Below are positions 16,723 through 25,139 of a DNA stretch of 39,734 nucleotides, piece after piece (positions within the stretch are counted from its first letter, which is position 1; each line of letters starts with the position of its first letter). The notes beneath the pieces were generated by a model. It saw nothing but the letters and a program-made list of their open reading frames with translations. It made no database searches and was not told where the DNA came from. The position numbers and the translations under genes are program-made. The stretch comes from Akkermansiaceae bacterium (GTDB lineage: Bacteria; Verrucomicrobiota; Verrucomicrobiia; Verrucomicrobiales; Akkermansiaceae): assembly GCA_011524615.1 (NCBI GenBank), contig WTJZ01000105.1, positions 1 to 39,734 of the forward strand. The letters are read 5' to 3'.

Positions 16723-17400
16723 ATGCTAAAGACAACATTACTCGGGCTCTCATGCTCATCAGCTCTACTCCTCACGAATTGTACAGAAGTGAATTCTGTG
16801 GCGAGCACGACTCATGCACCTACGACATATAATTCATTCTACCCTGCGGTAGCAGTGAAGTCACAGAGCCCTTCGAGCTTAGGTTCCAAGACGGATCGTC
16901 ACGGATACCCTGTCTACGACATCTCTGATAAAAAGAGATATGTGCGTACCACTGCCTACTCTGACGCAGAGAAGGAAAAGGGCGGCATCTATAAGAACTA
17001 CAACGCTGCAGGCACCTACCTCAAGTACGGTAAAGTACGCTCGGCAGCAGCAGACTGGTCTGTCTACCCTCTTGGAACTCTCTTTAGAATCAAGGGCCTC
17101 CCTCACACCTACGTTATCGATGACTATGGTTCAGCTCTCGTAGGCGGACACAGTATCGACATCTACCACCCATCCCTCTCCTCGATGCGTCGCTGGGGAA
17201 CCCGCCCTGCCGAAATCCAAATCATCAGAATGGGAGACTGGGAGCGTAGTGCATACCTTCTCAAGGGGAGAGCTAAGCACAAGCACTGTGCTCAAATGTA
17301 CGCAGGAGTACTCAAGAACATGAAGCTTGCAAACCAAGCATCTGCTAAAAACAGCCAGCAGAAAAAAGCTACTTCTTCCTACTCTCGCTACAAAGGATAA
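16723..17400 (+). CDS. 3D-domain lipoprotein (RlpA/MltA-like double-psi beta-barrel)
   Basis: Lipobox-like signal (ALLLTNC). The 3D-domain segment is RTTAYSDAEKEKGG...AADWSVYPLGTLFRIKG...YVIDDYGSALVGGHSIDIY. The C-terminal tail is basic and low-complexity. Confidence 0.8.
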   Translation: MLKTTLLGLSCSSALLLTNCTEVNSVASTTHAPTTYNSFYPAVAVKSQSPSSLGSKTDRHGYPVYDISDKKRYVRTTAYSDAEKEKGGIYKNYNAAGTYLKYGKVRSAAADWSVYPLGTLFRIKGLPHTYVIDDYGSALVGGHSIDIYHPSLSSMRRWGTRPAEIQIIRMGDWERSAYLLKGRAKHKHCAQMYAGVLKNMKLANQASAKNSQQKKATSSYSRYKG

Positions 17401-17471
17401 TCCCCTCTTGTGAAGAGTATGATGATGGGAGAATAGTCTCTAACAATCTCTACTTCTCCACATTTGATAAC

Positions 17472-17506
17472 AAAAAAAGCAGCACTCGAAGTGCTGCTTT
17501 TTTGTT
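17472..17506. terminator. bidirectional rho-independent terminator (3D-domain gene and carA)
   Basis: A perfect 9-bp stem AGCAGCACT / AGTGCTGCT has a 3-nt loop and is flanked by A7 on the left and T6 on the right. It sits between two convergent genes. Confidence 0.9.
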
Positions 17507-17526
17507 ATTTAGTAAAGACATATTAA

Positions 17527-18666
17527 TTACTTACTCGCTCTGATCATCTGAACGAACTCATTAAAGAAGCCCGTCGAGTCATATGGCCCAGGAGCCGCCT
17601 CTGGGTGGTGCTGCACACTGAAGACAGGAGCGTCTGTGAGTTGGAACCCTTCTACTGTCTCGTCATTGAGGTTGATGTGAGTTACCTCCGCATTAGCAGG
17701 GAGTGATGCCGCATCAGTTGCGAAACCGTGGTTCTGGGAAGTAATCTCAACCTTACCTGTACGGAGATCCTTAACAGGCTGGTTACCACCACGGTGTCCG
17801 AACTTGAGCTTATAAGTCTTACCACCTACCGCGTGAGTCAAAATCTGGTGACCTAGACAAATACCGAAGATAGGCTTCTTGCCGATCAACTTCTTCACTT
17901 CCTCGTGAATGTAACCGAGTGCTGCTGGATCTCCTGGTCCATTCGAGAGGAAGATCCCATCTGGATTCATTGCCAACACATCTTCCGCAGGAGTCTTGGC
18001 ATTCACAAGTGTGACACTGAGACCAGCCTGACGCATACGTCTTAAGATATTACGCTTAATACCGAAGTCATACGCGACGACGTTATACAGTACTTCTGGT
18101 AACTCCTCGTACGTTCCCTCTTGGCCTGAGGTAGCATTAGGAATCGTCCAGTTACGAGACTCTCCTTCCCAGAGGTACTGCTCTTGTGTAGTTACTTCTT
18201 GAACGAGATCTTGGCCAGCCATTGAAGGAGCCTCCTTCGCCTTCGCAACCGCTTCTTCAGCTGTGAGCTCAGACGTGATACATGCGTTCATCGCACCTCT
18301 TGATCTTAAGTGCTTAGTAACCGCGCGAGTATCGACCTCCTGGATACCTAATACTCCGTTCTCAATAAAGTACTCGTCGAGAGACTGCTCCGAGCGCCAG
18401 CTCGATGGTAATTCACATAACTCACCAACAACGAAAGCTCTCGCATGTGTGCCCGCCGACTCAGCGTCAGCTTCATTCACACCGTAGTTACCCTGCATCG
18501 GGTACGTCATTGTGATAATTTGACCTCGATAAGACGGATCCGTGAGGATCTCCTGATATCCCGTCATAGAGGTATTAAAGCAAATCTCTCCTGTCGTCGT
18601 TCCCTTCTTACCAAAAGAAACTCCGTGGAATACTCGTCCGTCTTCAAGTGCCAAAAGTGCGTCCAT
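17527..18666 (-). CDS. carA: carbamoyl-phosphate synthase small (glutaminase) subunit
   Basis: 379 aa. The N-terminal CPSase small-chain domain ([15 protein letters not shown]...[21 protein letters not shown]) is followed by a class-I glutamine amidotransferase domain with GICLGHQ and HHPE. No carB is adjacent. Confidence 0.97.
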   Translation of the reverse strand: MDALLALEDGRVFHGVSFGKKGTTTGEICFNTSMTGYQEILTDPSYRGQIITMTYPMQGNYGVNEADAESAGTHARAFVVGELCELPSSWRSEQSLDEYFIENGVLGIQEVDTRAVTKHLRSRGAMNACITSELTAEEAVAKAKEAPSMAGQDLVQEVTTQEQYLWEGESRNWTIPNATSGQEGTYEELPEVLYNVVAYDFGIKRNILRRMRQAGLSVTLVNAKTPAEDVLAMNPDGIFLSNGPGDPAALGYIHEEVKKLIGKKPIFGICLGHQILTHAVGGKTYKLKFGHRGGNQPVKDLRTGKVEITSQNHGFATDAASLPANAEVTHINLNDETVEGFQLTDAPVFSVQHHPEAAPGPYDSTGFFNEFVQMIRASK

Positions 18667-18996
18667 AAACTGGCGAGATTGTTAGTACTCCATCTCTCAT
18701 AGAGCAAGACTTTTTTACACTCTCTCCCGCTTAGTCTCATTCACTGAAACAAAACCAGTTTTCTCACGCGCTCTAATTACAGAATTCATGTAAATTGGAT
18801 ACTTCTCCACAGCATGAATGTTAAAGATAAGTAGAAACACCTCATACATACAACTCTTCATTATAATAACTAGAAATTCAGTAAATTCATCAAATCTACC
18901 AGTATCACTCAATCTGTGACGCGATGACACGTAGATTATTTCGCAAATGAGCAAAAAGTACACGCGGAAACAAACACAAATATATTTTATATTCAA

Positions 18997-19025
18997 TTGA
19001 CAAAGATTTTACTATCAGGCAAAAT
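18997..19025 (+). promoter_or_regulatory. candidate sigma-70-type promoter for the PUR-like gene
   Basis: TTGACA (18997-19002), a 17-nt spacer, then CAAAAT (19020-19025), about 27 nt upstream of the GTG start. This is pattern match only, and PVC promoter rules are poorly defined. Confidence 0.3.
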
Positions 19026-19052
19026 CGTAGAAACACTAACCCATTTTATATA

Positions 19053-19262
19053 GTGCAGAACAGCGAACTATTACATACAGAAAAGATTATAGCAGATCGT
19101 AAAGTTTTCTTTATCGATCTGAAAGAAAACGCAAGGGGGAGGGTAGTTAAAATAACAGAAGATGTATCAGGCAACAGAGACACAATCATGGTGCCATTAG
19201 AAATCCTTGATGAATTCATTACAGCTCTTAACGACGTCAAAGCTGCGTCTGAGCAATTATAA
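19053..19262 (+). CDS. PUR-alpha-like DNA/RNA-binding protein (DUF3276 family)
   Basis: 69 aa with a GTG start. It contains a single PUR repeat pattern KVFFIDLKENARGRVVKITEDVSGNRDTIMVPLEILDEFITALNDV, comparable to the eukaryotic Pur-alpha repeat RFYLDVKQNAKGRFLKIAE... Confidence 0.7.
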   Translation: MQNSELLHTEKIIADRKVFFIDLKENARGRVVKITEDVSGNRDTIMVPLEILDEFITALNDVKAASEQL

Positions 19263-19318
19263 CACCCCCTCACACTACACTATGCCACTGTGAGGTGGTT
19301 GTGAGTAATTAACTAATC

Positions 19319-20293
19319 CTAACAAAGACAACCAGGGCAATCTTGTACAAAGTGCCCTGGTTTTTTCATTACTAGATCTGGGGTTCCTGTCGTCAGACAG
19401 AGGGACGAGTCCCCTATCGTATTCCTAGGAGCAAAGGAGCACCCTGGTGCGAGCTGACTCAGTATTGGGGGGAGCCCAGGAATAGAGTAGAGTTCCTCTC
19501 CTTTTTTATGACGTGCAGGTATACTCTTGAGCAGAGCTCTCGTATACGCATGCATCGGCGTCTGGAAGAGAGACTCAACAGAGGCCTGCTCGACAGTTCT
19601 ACCTGCATACATGACACTGACATGATCACAGGTCTGTGAGACCACCGCTAGATCATGAGTGATCATGATGACTGCAGTGCCTAGCTCTCTCTGCTGCTCC
19701 TTGATCAGGTCTAGAACTTGCTTCTGCACGGTGACATCGAGAGCGGTTGTGGGCTCATCTGCGATGAGTAACTCAGGCTTGGTAATGAGAGCCATCGCGA
19801 TCATCACCCTCTGCCTCATCCCGCCAGAGAACTCGAACGGGTAGGAATTAATCCTCAAGTCAGGCTCAGGAATCCCTACCCGATCCATCATCTCGAGAGC
19901 TCGCTTGTACGCCTCATCTTTCGTCACATTTTCATGAATGAGGAGAGGCTCCATGATCTGATCACCAACCGTCATATAGGGGTTCAGCGAAGTCATGGGG
20001 TCCTGAAAGATCATCGAGATCCCCTGCCCTCTGATCTGGCGCAACTCTTCAGCGTCTAGCTTTAACAGGTCTCGACCATGGAAGCGCGCATGCCCTGAGA
20101 CGATCTCTCCAGGAGGCTTAGGGATCAGTCCCATCAATGAATAACAAGTGACCGACTTGCCCGATCCTGATTCACCCACGATTCCAAGCGTCTTCCCTGC
20201 TTCTACCGAGAACGATACATCTTGCACAGCCTTTACCAGCCCCTCACGTGTATGGAAGTGAGTGGTCAAGCCCTCTACGTCTAATACCTTCAT
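19319..20293 (-). CDS. ABC transporter ATP-binding protein (DppD/OppD type)
   Basis: Walker A GESGSGKS, Q-loop, signature FSGGMRQRV, Walker B LLIADEPTTALD and H-loop ITHD. The C-terminal oligopeptide-type extension has scattered Cys residues. No permease or binding-protein gene is in the window. Confidence 0.92.
   Translation of the reverse strand: MKVLDVEGLTTHFHTREGLVKAVQDVSFSVEAGKTLGIVGESGSGKSVTCYSLMGLIPKPPGEIVSGHARFHGRDLLKLDAEELRQIRGQGISMIFQDPMTSLNPYMTVGDQIMEPLLIHENVTKDEAYKRALEMMDRVGIPEPDLRINSYPFEFSGGMRQRVMIAMALITKPELLIADEPTTALDVTVQKQVLDLIKEQQRELGTAVIMITHDLAVVSQTCDHVSVMYAGRTVEQASVESLFQTPMHAYTRALLKSIPARHKKGEELYSIPGLPPILSQLAPGCSFAPRNTIGDSSLCLTTGTPDLVMKKPGHFVQDCPGCLC
19331..19366 (+). terminator. 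rho-independent terminator of the PUR-like gene
   Basis: The stem ACCAGGGCA / TGCCCTGGT has a 13-nt loop and is followed by T6. It lies inside the last 16 codons of the convergent ABC ATPase ORF. Confidence 0.75.
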
Positions 20294-20307
20294 CCCTTAG
20301 TAATCCT

Positions 20308-21447
20308 CTAGAGTGACTGCGCACAGCGGAAACCAGTATGGTTAGTAGGCGTGAGCCCCTCCGAGTAGTGACGCGCTGCTGGGCGATAACGTAGACAATA
20401 GCTGTGGTGACAGAGGAATGATCCCCCCTTCGTCGTATAGAGTACTCCCAGACGGTGAAATGGGAACATCCCTTCTGGGACCTTGCCATTCTTCTCGATC
20501 TCTTGGTGCATGTTGTAATCAATAGAGAACAGCGGGCCGTTAGGGTTCACCGCCTCTTCTTCAGCATATTCCTTATATGCATCTGGTCGGTAGAAGTCCG
20601 ATACGTGCTCCCATACATTACCCGCCATATCATAGAGGCCATATGCATTGGGAGGGAATGATCTGACTGGCGCCGTGTTGCCATACCCATCGAGTTGCGT
20701 ATCTTTAGTAGGGAATGTGCCTTGAAAGGTATTCCCCATCCACGCGTCATCTACTCGCGGACTATCCCCCCAGGTAAAGAGCTTTCTCTCTAGTCCACCA
20801 CGCGCGGCAGCTTCCCATTCAGCTTCAGTCGGCAGTCTCTTACCTGCCCACTTTGCATACGCCTGAGCATCCTCATTAGTGACACAGGTCACAGGGTGAT
20901 CCATCTTATCCTCGATGGAGGAGTCTGGGCCTGAAGGATGTCGCCAGTTCGCACCAGCCGTGAATTCCCACCACTGAAAGACGGCGCCTTCTTCCCATAA
21001 TTCAGGCTGCTCCGCTGGAGGAGTGAAGACGGATGCCCCAGCCTGTAACTGATCAGCAGGAGCATGAGGAAAGTCCTTTTTGGTTAAGCCCTTCTCCGCT
21101 TGTGTTAGGTACCCAGTTGCTTCGACGAACTTTAAGAACTGAGCATTGGTCACCTCGGTCTCATCGATGAGGAAGGCTGACACCGTCACCTTATGCTCCG
21201 GAGCCTCCTCTGGATATCTTGCTCGGGTCCCTAGTTCACGCTCATTCCCTCTCGTGTAACTTACCTCTGGAATGTAGACCATCCCCTCCGGAACATTAAC
21301 GCCACTTGGTACTTCATTCGATATTACGATCTCTTCTACGACTGGTGGCGGCGTTACCACTACGTCTTCCTTCTCATCACATGAGACGGTCATCATTGCT
21401 GGCAAGGCCACACAGAGCGGGAGGTAAAATCTATAAAGTGAACGCAT
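20308..21447 (-). CDS. formylglycine-generating enzyme family protein (SUMF1/FGE), probable lipoprotein
   Basis: The signal has a lipobox-like MTVSC. FGE-sulfatase domain segments are present: VTNAQFLKFVEATGY, RLPTEAEWEAAARGG, GNVWEHVSDFY and the active-site region KGGSFLCHHSYCLRYRPAARH. Confidence 0.9.
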   Translation of the reverse strand: MRSLYRFYLPLCVALPAMMTVSCDEKEDVVVTPPPVVEEIVISNEVPSGVNVPEGMVYIPEVSYTRGNERELGTRARYPEEAPEHKVTVSAFLIDETEVTNAQFLKFVEATGYLTQAEKGLTKKDFPHAPADQLQAGASVFTPPAEQPELWEEGAVFQWWEFTAGANWRHPSGPDSSIEDKMDHPVTCVTNEDAQAYAKWAGKRLPTEAEWEAAARGGLERKLFTWGDSPRVDDAWMGNTFQGTFPTKDTQLDGYGNTAPVRSFPPNAYGLYDMAGNVWEHVSDFYRPDAYKEYAEEEAVNPNGPLFSIDYNMHQEIEKNGKVPEGMFPFHRLGVLYTTKGGSFLCHHSYCLRYRPAARHYSEGLTPTNHTGFRCAQSL

Positions 21448-21489
21448 TTCAAACTTGGTTTCGAATTACGATACGTGTTTTGGTAGGTT

Positions 21490-22266
21490 ATGGCTATCAG
21501 TAAATTTCGCCCATGTATCGATTTACATGGAGGCAAGGTAAAGCAAATCGTAGGAGGTACCCTCACAGATGGTGAAGAGGCTCCTACAGAAAACTTCGTG
21601 AGCGAAAAGTCTTCTGCCGAATTCGCGGAGCTCTTCAAGCAAGATCAGCTCACTGGTGGACATGTCATCAAACTCGGACCTGGCAATGACGAAGCCGCGC
21701 GGAACGCACTCCAGCAATGGCCTGGAGGATTACAAATCGGAGGAGGAATTAAGAAAGAGAATGCCTCCGAATGGCTAGAGGCGGGAGCCAGCCATGTGAT
21801 TATCACCTCCGCACTCTTCGACCAAGAAGGCCGGTTCCTAGAACCTGTCCTCGCTGACATCAGCCAAGAGGTAGGCGCAGCCCGACTCGTCGTGGATCTC
21901 AGTTGTAAGACCACTGAACAAGGCTGGGTCGTCGCCATGAACCGATGGCAAACTCTCACCGATCTTACGATCACCACCCAGACCCTCGCTCATCTCGCAC
22001 AGTATTGTGACGAATTCTTAATCCACGCGGCAGACGTGGAAGGACTCTGCAATGGAATGGACGCAGAACTCGTCAAGTGGCTGGGCGAATGGACTCAACA
22101 ACATAACAACTTCCCGATTACCTATGCTGGCGGCATCCGCTCCATGGCTGAGATCGATACTCTACAGGAACAGAGTCAAGGTAATGTAGACTTCACTGTA
22201 GGAAGCTCGCTCGACCTCTTCGGAGGACAAGCGCTCAAGTATGCGGACTTAATCGCGAGGCACTGA
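21490..22266 (+). CDS. hisA: phosphoribosylformimino-5-aminoimidazole carboxamide ribotide isomerase, eukaryote-type (HIS6-like)
   Basis: As I recall the yeast His6 sequence, this protein aligns with it along its whole length. Examples are FRPCIDLHGGKVKQIVGGTL, GHVIKLGP, VVDLSC, AMNRWQTLTDL, EFLIHAADVEGLC, YAGG and GSSLDLFGG. Confidence 0.88.
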   Translation: MAISKFRPCIDLHGGKVKQIVGGTLTDGEEAPTENFVSEKSSAEFAELFKQDQLTGGHVIKLGPGNDEAARNALQQWPGGLQIGGGIKKENASEWLEAGASHVIITSALFDQEGRFLEPVLADISQEVGAARLVVDLSCKTTEQGWVVAMNRWQTLTDLTITTQTLAHLAQYCDEFLIHAADVEGLCNGMDAELVKWLGEWTQQHNNFPITYAGGIRSMAEIDTLQEQSQGNVDFTVGSSLDLFGGQALKYADLIARH

Positions 22267-22280
22267 TGCCGCATGATTCA

Positions 22281-22937
22281 TTAGGCATAGAAGCAGTTTA
22301 ACTTGCGCTCGCGACCGACGGTCGTCGCAGGCCCATGCCCGGGTAGTAATACGGTCTCATGGGGCAGACTCATCAAGCGTTGCACACTCGCCACACTCTG
22401 CTCATACCCCACATTCGGGCGCCCCATAGAACCAGCGAACAATGCGTCCCCACAAAAGCAAATCGCACGATCAGGTAGATGATAACAGCGATGATCTGTA
22501 CTATGCCCCACAGTCTCAATGACCTCGATAGGCTCACTCGTGGAGACCGAGGGAAACGCCGCTAGTAGTTCCTCTCGCCCCCCCACATGATCTGGGTGCG
22601 CATGAGTGATGAGCAGTACGATCTCCTTCACTCCTTGTGACTTAAGAGCTGTGATGACGCTACCAGCATCAGGACCAGCGTCTGCGATGATCGCCACCTC
22701 CCCGATCAAGTAGTACCAGACATTAACGGTAAATCCACCGTAGGGAATGATGATGCGATGTAGCCCCCGTACTTCGGGCTCTACACGCAGATGGGTGCTC
22801 GATTCTAGTTCTACCAATCCCTTGTAGTTCAGTTGGTAGTCTCTAGCGACTTTCTGTAGATCAGCCCTCGCCTCCTGCGGCACCGAGGCCTTGGTCAGAA
22901 CATCTGATAACTCGTCTGCGTATTCTAGTGGTTCCAT
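22281..22937 (-). CDS. MBL-fold metallo-hydrolase
   Basis: It has the metallo-beta-lactamase motif LLITHAHPDHVGG plus downstream His/Asp ligands (TVGHSTDH, CGDALF, LPGHG). An extension of about 70 aa at the N-terminus has unknown function. Confidence 0.85.
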   Translation of the reverse strand: MEPLEYADELSDVLTKASVPQEARADLQKVARDYQLNYKGLVELESSTHLRVEPEVRGLHRIIIPYGGFTVNVWYYLIGEVAIIADAGPDAGSVITALKSQGVKEIVLLITHAHPDHVGGREELLAAFPSVSTSEPIEVIETVGHSTDHRCYHLPDRAICFCGDALFAGSMGRPNVGYEQSVASVQRLMSLPHETVLLPGHGPATTVGRERKLNCFYA

Positions 22938-22946
22938 GCCTACCTC

Positions 22947-23390
22947 TTACTCGAAGTAGACCTGCTTTTCACCACAATATTGACACGTAATCGCTCTTTG
23001 TCTGAAGAGGAGTGAGAGAGCCGTGGCGAGAGAGCGATCTCCAAGGAAGTGTGGAATCTTGCGATCCTTCTTCTTAGAACACTTCATATGCTTCAACAGA
23101 GGCGTTCTACAGAGGCGGCAGACTACGGAATTAGCGGTCGCCCAAAAGATCAGCGTCAACAACGCTGTTAAGAGTAAGAAGCCTACACCCACACCGACAA
23201 TAAGCTTATCACCAGCATAAAAGCCGTAGCCCATAGCACCCAATGCGATCGGAAGAACCGCCGCTCTCAATACGTACACAAATGCTACTAGACGATACTT
23301 TCTCGAGTTATAACGCTTTTGTGCAGGCACTTTGCCCGAGCGTCGTTGCCCAGAGTAACTTCTTGATTTTGCTTCAGTAGTCGCTTCCAT
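22947..23390 (-). CDS. membrane protein with C-terminal zinc-ribbon-like Cys pairs (hypothetical)
   Basis: The N-terminus is basic, followed by two hydrophobic helices (LVAFVYVLRAAVLPIALGAMGYGF and VGVGFLLLTALLTLIFWA), then CRLC...CQYC. It ends 9 nt upstream of the MBL gene on the same strand. Confidence 0.65.
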   Translation of the reverse strand: MEATTEAKSRSYSGQRRSGKVPAQKRYNSRKYRLVAFVYVLRAAVLPIALGAMGYGFYAGDKLIVGVGVGFLLLTALLTLIFWATANSVVCRLCRTPLLKHMKCSKKKDRKIPHFLGDRSLATALSLLFRQRAITCQYCGEKQVYFE

Positions 23391-23503
23391 GTGTTTGATA
23401 GACTACACTAGTACCTAGACTGTCACAACAAATATTTCCTCATCACCACTCGACGTATTACGTTAAGATACTTTACGCCCGATCATCCCTACCCTACACA
23501 CCT

Positions 23504-24034
23504 ATGACGCCCTCCGAGTCTCATTCGATCCTTATTACCCAGAGCCAAATCTCCACGCGAGTTCGCGAACTAGCAGAAGAGATCCTAGCGCAGCATAATG
23601 GTCAGCCTATGACCGTCATCCTACTTCTGAAAGGAGCTATCCTGTTCGCGGCGGACCTCTGCCGCCACCTCCCTAGCAATATCCAAATCGAATGCCTCTC
23701 TGTCTCTAGCTACCATGGAGGAACAGAATCATCAGGAACAGTCACTTACCTTGACGCCCAGCTCCCTGATGTCTCAGGACGTTCGGTTCTCCTCGTCGAT
23801 GACATTCTGGACACAGGACTCACCCTCTACTCAGTCTCTCAGAAGTTCAAAGAACTCGGTGCTACACACCTCTCCCGTTGTGTCCTCCTCTCTAAGAAGA
23901 AGGACCGTCTCGCAGAAGTCTCCGCCGAGCATGTGGGCTTCGAAATCAATGACGAATTTGTCATCGGTTACGGCCTCGATTACCAAGGACGATACCGTAA
24001 CCTCCCTTACATCGGAGTGATGACTTTGAGTTAA
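23504..24034 (+). CDS. hpt: hypoxanthine phosphoribosyltransferase
   Basis: 176 aa with the PRPP-binding motif VLLVDDILDTGLTL and the typical Hpt C-terminus FVIGYGLDYQGRYRNLPYIG. Confidence 0.95.
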   Translation: MTPSESHSILITQSQISTRVRELAEEILAQHNGQPMTVILLLKGAILFAADLCRHLPSNIQIECLSVSSYHGGTESSGTVTYLDAQLPDVSGRSVLLVDDILDTGLTLYSVSQKFKELGATHLSRCVLLSKKKDRLAEVSAEHVGFEINDEFVIGYGLDYQGRYRNLPYIGVMTLS

Positions 24035-24247
24035 CCTCTTAACAAAAAAGACGATATTAGACAAAAATCATCAAAAAAACTACTTCACACAGCATTATAA
24101 TAGAAAAGGAGACTTCAACACAAATAAGCGAGTAGAACTCTTCTTGGTTTGAAGAATAGAGCACACTCTGGACTCCAGAATGATCACGCCTATCCTCCAC
24201 CAAAGAGAGCTCTCCACCGCATTACAGAAGCCCATACTCAGAATCAC

Positions 24248-25051
24248 ATGAAACAATTCCTACTATCTAAATTACTCATCGGAGCACTCTCCCTTGCTAG
24301 CATTAATTCGACCTTAGCCAATGACGACACGCCTGCGTTTCCTGAATCCAGCGAGAGTGAGTTCTATGGCTATCAGCAAATCGACTTCAAGCTCGATAAG
24401 CTCCCATGCAAGGTTGTTATCCCTAAAAAAGTGGCAGAAGGTAAACCATGGATCATCAGAGCTCGCTTCTGGGGCCACTGGCCAGTACTCGACCAAGCAC
24501 TCTTAGCAAAAGGATTCCATGTCGCCTACGCTGATGTCGCAGGACTCTTTGGCGCCCCTCGTGCCGTAGAGCGTTGGAACCGACTGTACGACTACCTCAC
24601 AACCGAACATGGACTCTCCCAAAAGGTGGCCCTCGAAGGCATGTCTCGCGGTGGACTCATCATCTATAACTGGGCTAAGAAGAACCCAGAAAAGGTAAGC
24701 TGCATCTACGGAGATAATCCAGTCTGTGACTTCAAGAGCTGGCCGACAACCAAAAGCCGCCAAATCCAATCCGCTTACCAACTAACTCAGGAAGAAGCAG
24801 ATGCCTATCAAGATAACCCTATCGATAACCTCGGCCCGCTCGCTGAAGCAGGAGTCCCGCTCTTCAATGTCGTGGGAGATCTTGATGATGTCGTCCCTGT
24901 CGCTGAGAATACTGCCATTCTAGAAGAGAGATACAAAGCGCTTGGAGGCAAGATCACAGTTCTCCATAAGCCCGATTGCAAGCACCACCCTCACGGCCTT
25001 GGCGATGACCCAACGCTCCTCGTAGAATTCATCCTCGCTAATACACACTAA
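24248..25051 (+). CDS. secreted alpha/beta hydrolase (family unassigned)
   Basis: It has the nucleophile elbow GMSRGG, a downstream Asp (GDLDDVVP) and His (HHPHG). The track start is TTG 24149. The ATG at 24248 gives a clean signal peptide MKQFLLSKLLIGALSLASINSTLA, so I prefer it. Confidence 0.8.
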   Translation: MKQFLLSKLLIGALSLASINSTLANDDTPAFPESSESEFYGYQQIDFKLDKLPCKVVIPKKVAEGKPWIIRARFWGHWPVLDQALLAKGFHVAYADVAGLFGAPRAVERWNRLYDYLTTEHGLSQKVALEGMSRGGLIIYNWAKKNPEKVSCIYGDNPVCDFKSWPTTKSRQIQSAYQLTQEEADAYQDNPIDNLGPLAEAGVPLFNVVGDLDDVVPVAENTAILEERYKALGGKITVLHKPDCKHHPHGLGDDPTLLVEFILANTH

Positions 25052-25076
25052 TTTTTCACATCCAGTCACTTAACGC

Positions 25077-25115
25077 AAAAATGGTATGCCCGACTGGGCA
25101 TACCATTTTTTTTTT
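25077..25115. terminator. bidirectional rho-independent terminator (hydrolase gene and aroA)
   Basis: An 11-bp perfect stem ATGGTATGCCC / GGGCATACCAT has the loop GACT and is flanked by A5 and T10. It sits between convergent genes. Confidence 0.92.
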
Positions 25116-25139
25116 GATCTGTCAGAGAGTCAAGAGGAC

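Noticed and set aside
18715-18996. A 93-aa minus-strand ORF in the AT-rich carA upstream region.
   Set aside because: Its composition (Ile/Phe/Tyr/Cys-rich, AT-rich codons) is unlike every real gene here. It lies in a divergent promoter region and looks like a chance ORF.
21457-21467. GGTTTCGAATT resembles a tRNA T-arm (GGTTCGAATCC) in the FGE/hisA spacer.
   Set aside because: No acceptor, D or anticodon stems can be drawn around it, and the spacer is only about 40 nt.
24149-24247. TTG/GTG-extended N-termini in the ORF track: 24149 (hydrolase), 27261 (hemL), 36194 (rpsO), 7625 (sulfatase) and 14822 (GspF-like).
   Set aside because: Internal ATGs give family-typical N-termini or clean signal peptides. 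The extensions add atypical residues, so they were trimmed in my calls.
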